A stretch of 61,288 nucleotides of DNA, counting the filler. It is 4 parts of 4 records of this genome, joined end to end, with 100 filler letters (N's around TTAATTAATTAA, not from the genome) between each part and the next. Parts side by side here need not be neighbours in the genome. Positions count along the whole stretch, not along the records: positions 52,250 to 61,288 come from SRR31156797_11121; 3 more parts are not named here. One strand, given 5' to 3'. The stretch's first letter is position 1; each line of letters begins with the position of its first letter. Under the pieces are notes generated by a model, which made no database searches, was not told where the DNA came from, and saw only the letters and a program-made list of their open reading frames with translations. Below are positions 58,101 to 61,288 of this stretch, piece by piece. The translations under genes and the position numbers were made by a program.

Positions 58101-60041
58101 AATACTTTTGTTGAACTTGAGTTAGCTGCATATAGCCCGCAAACAAGATCTGTTGCGAATTTATTCTGGGAATATGGACTAAATAATGATGAAAAATTGA
58201 AAATGAGCAGAAGGCTAAAATCAATAAGTCTTATCTCTAAATATTCAGATACTGGAATGTCAAAAGGATTTATACCTGAAATAGCAGAATTGATAAGAGA
58301 ATTCATTATTAACAGACCGTGGATTAACTCTGATGATTATAATGAAATAGCTGGTTATTTAGTAAAAGAAATTGGATTTAATGATAATTTCGTGATAAGT
58401 GCGGAAGCTTTTGATTTATACAAGGGATTTAACGAGTTTCTTATCTCGATAAATGCCAAAGCTGATTTTACTAACTCAATAGAAAAATTAGAAAATGATA
58501 TTGAGGGTAAATATATTGTTATTAGTGAATGGATAAGAGCTTTTTACGAAAAAGAAAATTTCGAACTTAATAACTTTACAGATGAATTATGCTCCGTAAT
58601 ATTAATAGGAGATTATGATAAAAGAAGAGTTATATCAAAAGAATCTAAAATCGTAATCAAAGAATTAGTAGGAGTTCATGAAATAATAGATAATGGTAAA
58701 TATGAAATTAATATTATCGATTTCATGACAAAAATGGACAGATTCACTAATGAAACTGTTGAAAAGTATAAAGAGTTTAACAAGTTTAAATTTGAAAAGA
58801 TGGCTGAACTAAGAGAAAGATTAAAATTTAAAGAATTAACTCCAAGTGTATTAACGTCTTTTGTTAGAAATAAACTGATTGATAAAGTTTATCTTCCGTT
58901 AATTGGAGATAACTTTGCGAAACAAATAGGTGCTGCCGGAGCAGGAAAAAGAACTGATAACATGGGACTTCTACTTATGATATCTCCACCTGGATATGGT
59001 AAAACAACTTTGGTAGAGTATGTTGCTAGTAGACTAAATATGATGTTAGTTAAAATAAACTGCCCTACGATTGGACATTCTGTAACCTCTCTTGATCCAG
59101 ATCAAGCTGATAATGCAAATGCTAAAGAAGAATTGAAAAAATTAAATTTGGCATTTGAAATTGGAAATAACGTTATGATTTACTTAGATGATATTCAACA
59201 TTCAAATCCTGAGTTTTTACAAAAGTTCATATCTCTATGTGATGGAACTAGAAAAATTGAAGGAATATATGAAGGAAAGAGTAAAACATATGAATTCAGA
59301 GGTAAAAAAGTCGCAGTAGTGATGGCAGGAAATCCATACACTGAAAGTGGAGATAAATTCAATATACCTGACATGCTGTCAAACAGAGCTGACGTTTATA
59401 ATTTAGGTGATATGCTTCATGAAAATGAGGATGCGTTTAAACTGAGTTATATTGAAAATGCAATTACTTCCAACTCTGTATTAAACAATGTATTCTTAAG
59501 AAATTCAGAAGATATCTATGGTTTCCTTAATTGTGTAGAAACAGGCGATAGAGAAAATATTGAGTTAAAAGAAAACTATACAGAGCAGGAAATAGAAGAA
59601 GTATTAACTGTTATGAAGAGCATGAATAATATAAGAGAAGAGATTCTTACTGTAAATATGGAGTATATCTATTCAGCATCTCAAAATGATGAGTATAGGA
59701 CTGAGCCGCCATTTAAACTACAGGGATCATATCGTAATATGAACAAGATTGCTGAAAAAGTAGTGGCTGTTATGAATCAACAGGAGATAAGAAAACTAGT
59801 TGAAAGCAGTTATGAAAATGATGCGCAAACCCTTGCAAGTGATGCGGAAGCAAGTGTTCTAAAATTCAGAGAGATTACTGATAGAATGACTGATGAAAAG
59901 AGATCAAGATGGGAAGAGATCAAAACTATTTATATGAAAAACAAATCTGGTGATGATTCAAATAAAGTAGAAATGTTATTAGAGGGGCTTAATAACATTG
60001 GTGAAAGTATTTCTAATATAGGTAGAAAATTAATTAAATAA
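55158..60041 (+). CDS. Giant coiled-coil AAA+ ATPase (DUF3686-containing; often labelled 'DNA repair ATPase')
   Basis: HPHVSI.D.LFVE.IGGD.T.KIENNT, helical middle, SPPGYGKTT Walker A, IYLDDIQH Walker B, AGNPYTESG, EPPFKLQGSYRNMNK. Confidence 0.88.
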   Translation: MTTDVSEDKKEDKIEKKSESFSSYNVIRNRLLDKSKELKEKLDKIDQERVGIFGESKNTLLKSEALITENSCIPRDIVQVGNKVILGYNVHIGLKTQTKLSDIFAIYEYADDTFKLCDYLDIEDSKFVAEFKDLFKYYKKSFFSKFHEKDGFIYMVFQNGSDVQDIKTFKWLVKDNKIEYVGNRFSHEVVYPSQHELEWIRATREDQVNGLHPHVSIKDKLFVESIGGDVTFKIENNTNSGKGIYSEEVEDKDQTLDDGEILYAFVGNIILLKIRPYKENDYRYFAFNEKTKEVKKVDSIGKAVVILPENHGIIFPDGIFLQSGGFQVFEIDYENIVFQNRKSSSNGEDFQYIFYNEVSGEYYIHNYNIIRQNVDTPLLCNGYSHFDNGEMLVFQADNEPKRNHTMQIWQTSFGSDDYIDDNINKDSFYYKIGNKEIVRLMSDCYSLYNLIKKEDNYFGLYVDIVRDSEKIANNYFWVDKEEVFKLKETLKGIKEAGSIAIKEFDKVNKIKENSAKQFEEVKSKVEKLLKDIGYATFENINDFVKYLTKIRKVRGEIAGLKELQFIDLETVEKLNNNLKEKNNKLSEDCVTFLLNDEALLPYIEQVEEIEKKLPTIQKVVDGNDLNDKIIEVSEELELLINIVSNLKIEDATKTAEIIDKISVLFAKLNQNKSKLSNIIKNLDSKERKAEFYSKMNLITHSVSNYLDLSAEIDKVESYMSKIIVQIDELESKFSDYDEFIPLLTEKREEVLSTFETKKQQLMEKRSKKIDSLGSAADRIFKGIENRIKSLEDTNQINELFSTDLMIDKLRDIIDRLINLGDSTKADDIENRLKSLKENSIRQLKDKKELFIDGNTIKLGNHQFLVNNQKAEISFLQREKGFFFHISGTEFWEKVPNDDLLEYEEVWNQEVVSENSDVYRGEFLTYNILKEYKNNNKLKELYDISDENIKKIVKEYVENHSSEYYTKGVHDFDGAKILKSIVNTFVELELAAYSPQTRSVANLFWEYGLNNDEKLKMSRRLKSISLISKYSDTGMSKGFIPEIAELIREFIINRPWINSDDYNEIAGYLVKEIGFNDNFVISAEAFDLYKGFNEFLISINAKADFTNSIEKLENDIEGKYIVISEWIRAFYEKENFELNNFTDELCSVILIGDYDKRRVISKESKIVIKELVGVHEIIDNGKYEINIIDFMTKMDRFTNETVEKYKEFNKFKFEKMAELRERLKFKELTPSVLTSFVRNKLIDKVYLPLIGDNFAKQIGAAGAGKRTDNMGLLLMISPPGYGKTTLVEYVASRLNMMLVKINCPTIGHSVTSLDPDQADNANAKEELKKLNLAFEIGNNVMIYLDDIQHSNPEFLQKFISLCDGTRKIEGIYEGKSKTYEFRGKKVAVVMAGNPYTESGDKFNIPDMLSNRADVYNLGDMLHENEDAFKLSYIENAITSNSVLNNVFLRNSEDIYGFLNCVETGDRENIELKENYTEQEIEEVLTVMKSMNNIREEILTVNMEYIYSASQNDEYRTEPPFKLQGSYRNMNKIAEKVVAVMNQQEIRKLVESSYENDAQTLASDAEASVLKFREITDRMTDEKRSRWEEIKTIYMKNKSGDDSNKVEMLLEGLNNIGESISNIGRKLIK

Positions 60042-60051
60042 GAGTTTTACA

Positions 60052-60089
60052 ATAAATTCGTGAGTGAATATTGCTCACGAATTTGTTTT
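60052..60089 (+). terminator. Terminator of the flotillin/ATPase operon
   Basis: aaattcgtgag-tgaatattg-ctcacgaattt followed by gtttt. Confidence 0.8.
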
Positions 60090-60253
60090 AGTAAATATTA
60101 ATCTAAAGCTTCTAAAAAATACTCTATTTCTGCCTGGGTAAATATTAAATTTACCTCTACAATTTTTATATTTTGCCAAAATTTACACGCATCATTATAA
60201 TTAAATAATTGAAAGAACAAAAAAATATCGTATACTATGTGTAGGAGGTGTGT

Positions 60254-60547
60254 ATGATGGGTTTAGCTAAAAAAAGACATAATATCTTTTATTCAGATTT
60301 TGAATGGCAAACAATTCAAGATTACGCAAAAAAAGTTGGTAAAAGCGCCAGTGAATTAGTTAGAGAGCTTAGTTTGAAAGCATTATACGAAGAGGAAAAA
60401 ATTGATTTATTAACATATATTAACAATAATTGCGACAACGTTTCTGAAGAAGAGCAAAAGGAAATTATTAATAAATTAGAAAAAATAAATTATGAATCTT
60501 TGAATAATGATGACTTTGAGGAGTTAACTATAGATGAGCTTTTATAA
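60254..60547 (+). CDS. Putative antitoxin with RHH-like N-terminus and acidic C-terminus
   Basis: AGGAGGTG RBS; KRHNIFYSD.EW..IQDYAKK.GKSASELVRE; overlaps the downstream toxin gene. Confidence 0.75.
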   Translation: MMGLAKKRHNIFYSDFEWQTIQDYAKKVGKSASELVRELSLKALYEEEKIDLLTYINNNCDNVSEEEQKEIINKLEKINYESLNNDDFEELTIDELL

Positions 60548-60806
60548 AGTTAAATATAGTAAACTTAGCAAGAAGTTTATTAAAAGTCATAAAATAGAAG
60601 GAATCAAATTTTTTCGAGCTTTTGAGGAAATTGTAAAAGATGTTAATAATGTTGAAAAATATGATATCAAAAATTTAGTAGGAAAAAAAGATTTAAAGAA
60701 ATTAAGAATTGGAAAATATAGAGCAGTATTTAGAATTGTAAATGACGTCCTTGAGATTTTAGTTTTAGATATTGATTTTAGAGGAGAAATTTATAAGAGG
60801 TTATAG
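60534..60806 (+). CDS. relE: RelE/ParE family toxin
   Basis: YKVKYSKLSKKFIK, DIKNLVG, LRIGKYRAVF, VLDIDFRGEIYK. Confidence 0.88.
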   Translation: MSFYKVKYSKLSKKFIKSHKIEGIKFFRAFEEIVKDVNNVEKYDIKNLVGKKDLKKLRIGKYRAVFRIVNDVLEILVLDIDFRGEIYKRL

Positions 60807-60817
60807 ATATAAAATGT

Positions 60818-60845
60818 AAAAACGAACTCAATGAGTTCGTTTTTG
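60818..60845 (+). terminator. Terminator after the TA pair
   Basis: aaaacgaactc-aat-gagttcgtttt. Confidence 0.8.
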
Positions 60846-60896
60846 TGTTCTACTAAAAAATTATATTGATGATGTATTGAAATAATAAATAGAATT

Positions 60897-61004
60897 GTAG
60901 AGGCAGGCTCCTGTGTTATACTTGAAAACATTGCTTTTAAGCCCGTGTCTGTCTTCATAATTTAGGTGTGCCCAACCAGGGCGAACACAGGGATTCGCCC
61001 GTAC
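60897..61004. repeat. REP/REPIN-like element (inverted GTAG-type hairpin units)
   Basis: GTAGAGGCAGGC.. on the plus strand and GTACGGGCGAATCCCTGTGTTCGCCCT on the minus strand (hairpin gggcgaa/ttcgccc); a GC-rich patch in AT-rich DNA. Confidence 0.55.
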
Positions 61005-61127
61005 AGATGAGTAGACTCTACAATAATAAACTTCTCCTTCAAAACACTAACTATTTAAGTTATAATAAAGTATTGCGGGTCAAGAAAAAATATATGAAGT
61101 CATCTTAAATAAAAAGGGGTAGTAAAT

Positions 61128-61288
61128 ATGAAAACTAACATAGATTTTTTACCTGAACATAAACAGGAAGAACTTAGAAGAATAGTTGAATATGTTGCAA
61201 ACGATGAAAATATACCAGTTCATATGATTATTTTATTCGGTAGCTATGCTCGTGGTACATGGGTGGAAGATACCTACCAAGATGAAAG
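61128..61288 (+). CDS. Minimal nucleotidyltransferase protein, probably an MNT-HEPN fusion (5' part)
   Basis: MKTNIDFLPEHKQEELRRIVE...MIILFGSYARGTWVED; GS(Y)ARG MNT motif; cut by window end. Confidence 0.8.
   Translation, partial: MKTNIDFLPEHKQEELRRIVEYVANDENIPVHMIILFGSYARGTWVEDTYQDE

Noticed and set aside
46757-60041. Lia-like operon and flotillin/ATPase operon as one envelope-stress super-locus
   Set aside because: Separated by an artificial linker; adjacency is not evidence of linkage or even of the same genome.
1-61288. CRISPR arrays, rRNA, integron attC arrays, reverse transcriptase/retron genes
   Set aside because: No regularly spaced repeats, rRNA-like sequence, or cas/intI/RT motifs were seen by eye; dedicated tools were not run.

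Overview
The window is four unrelated contigs joined by three 100-nt artificial linkers (N-run + TTAATTAATTAA + N-run at 22504-22603, 35158-35257 and 52150-52249), so gene order across the linkers means nothing. Contig 1 (1-22503) is Bacteroidota core genome (TAnnTTTG promoters; rpsU-xer-hpf-tRNA, fbaA, tamL, porT, menG, gap). It also carries a PurL paralogue with most catalytic motifs eroded, an unannotated 42-aa lipoprotein and a candidate sRNA under tandem LacI-type operators. Contig 2 (22604-35157, visibly more GC-rich) is a defence island: tyrosine recombinase end, EcoAI-like type I R-M with an unusually elongated HsdM, multi-domain McrB plus McrC, an RHH/small coiled-coil gene pair and a probable IS21-family end. 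Contig 3 (35258-52149, very AT-rich, probably Bacillota or Fusobacteriota) is an accessory region: degenerate GGDEF-hemerythrin, several gene remnants, an iota-carrageenase-like (GH82) gene, a DUF2089/DUF4097/LiaF-like envelope-stress operon and a tRNA start. Contig 4 (52250-61288) holds a YqiJ-like/flotillin/1627-aa AAA+ ATPase operon, a RelBE-like pair, a REP-like element and the start of an MNT(-HEPN)-like gene. All family assignments come from motif recognition by eye; no database searches were run.
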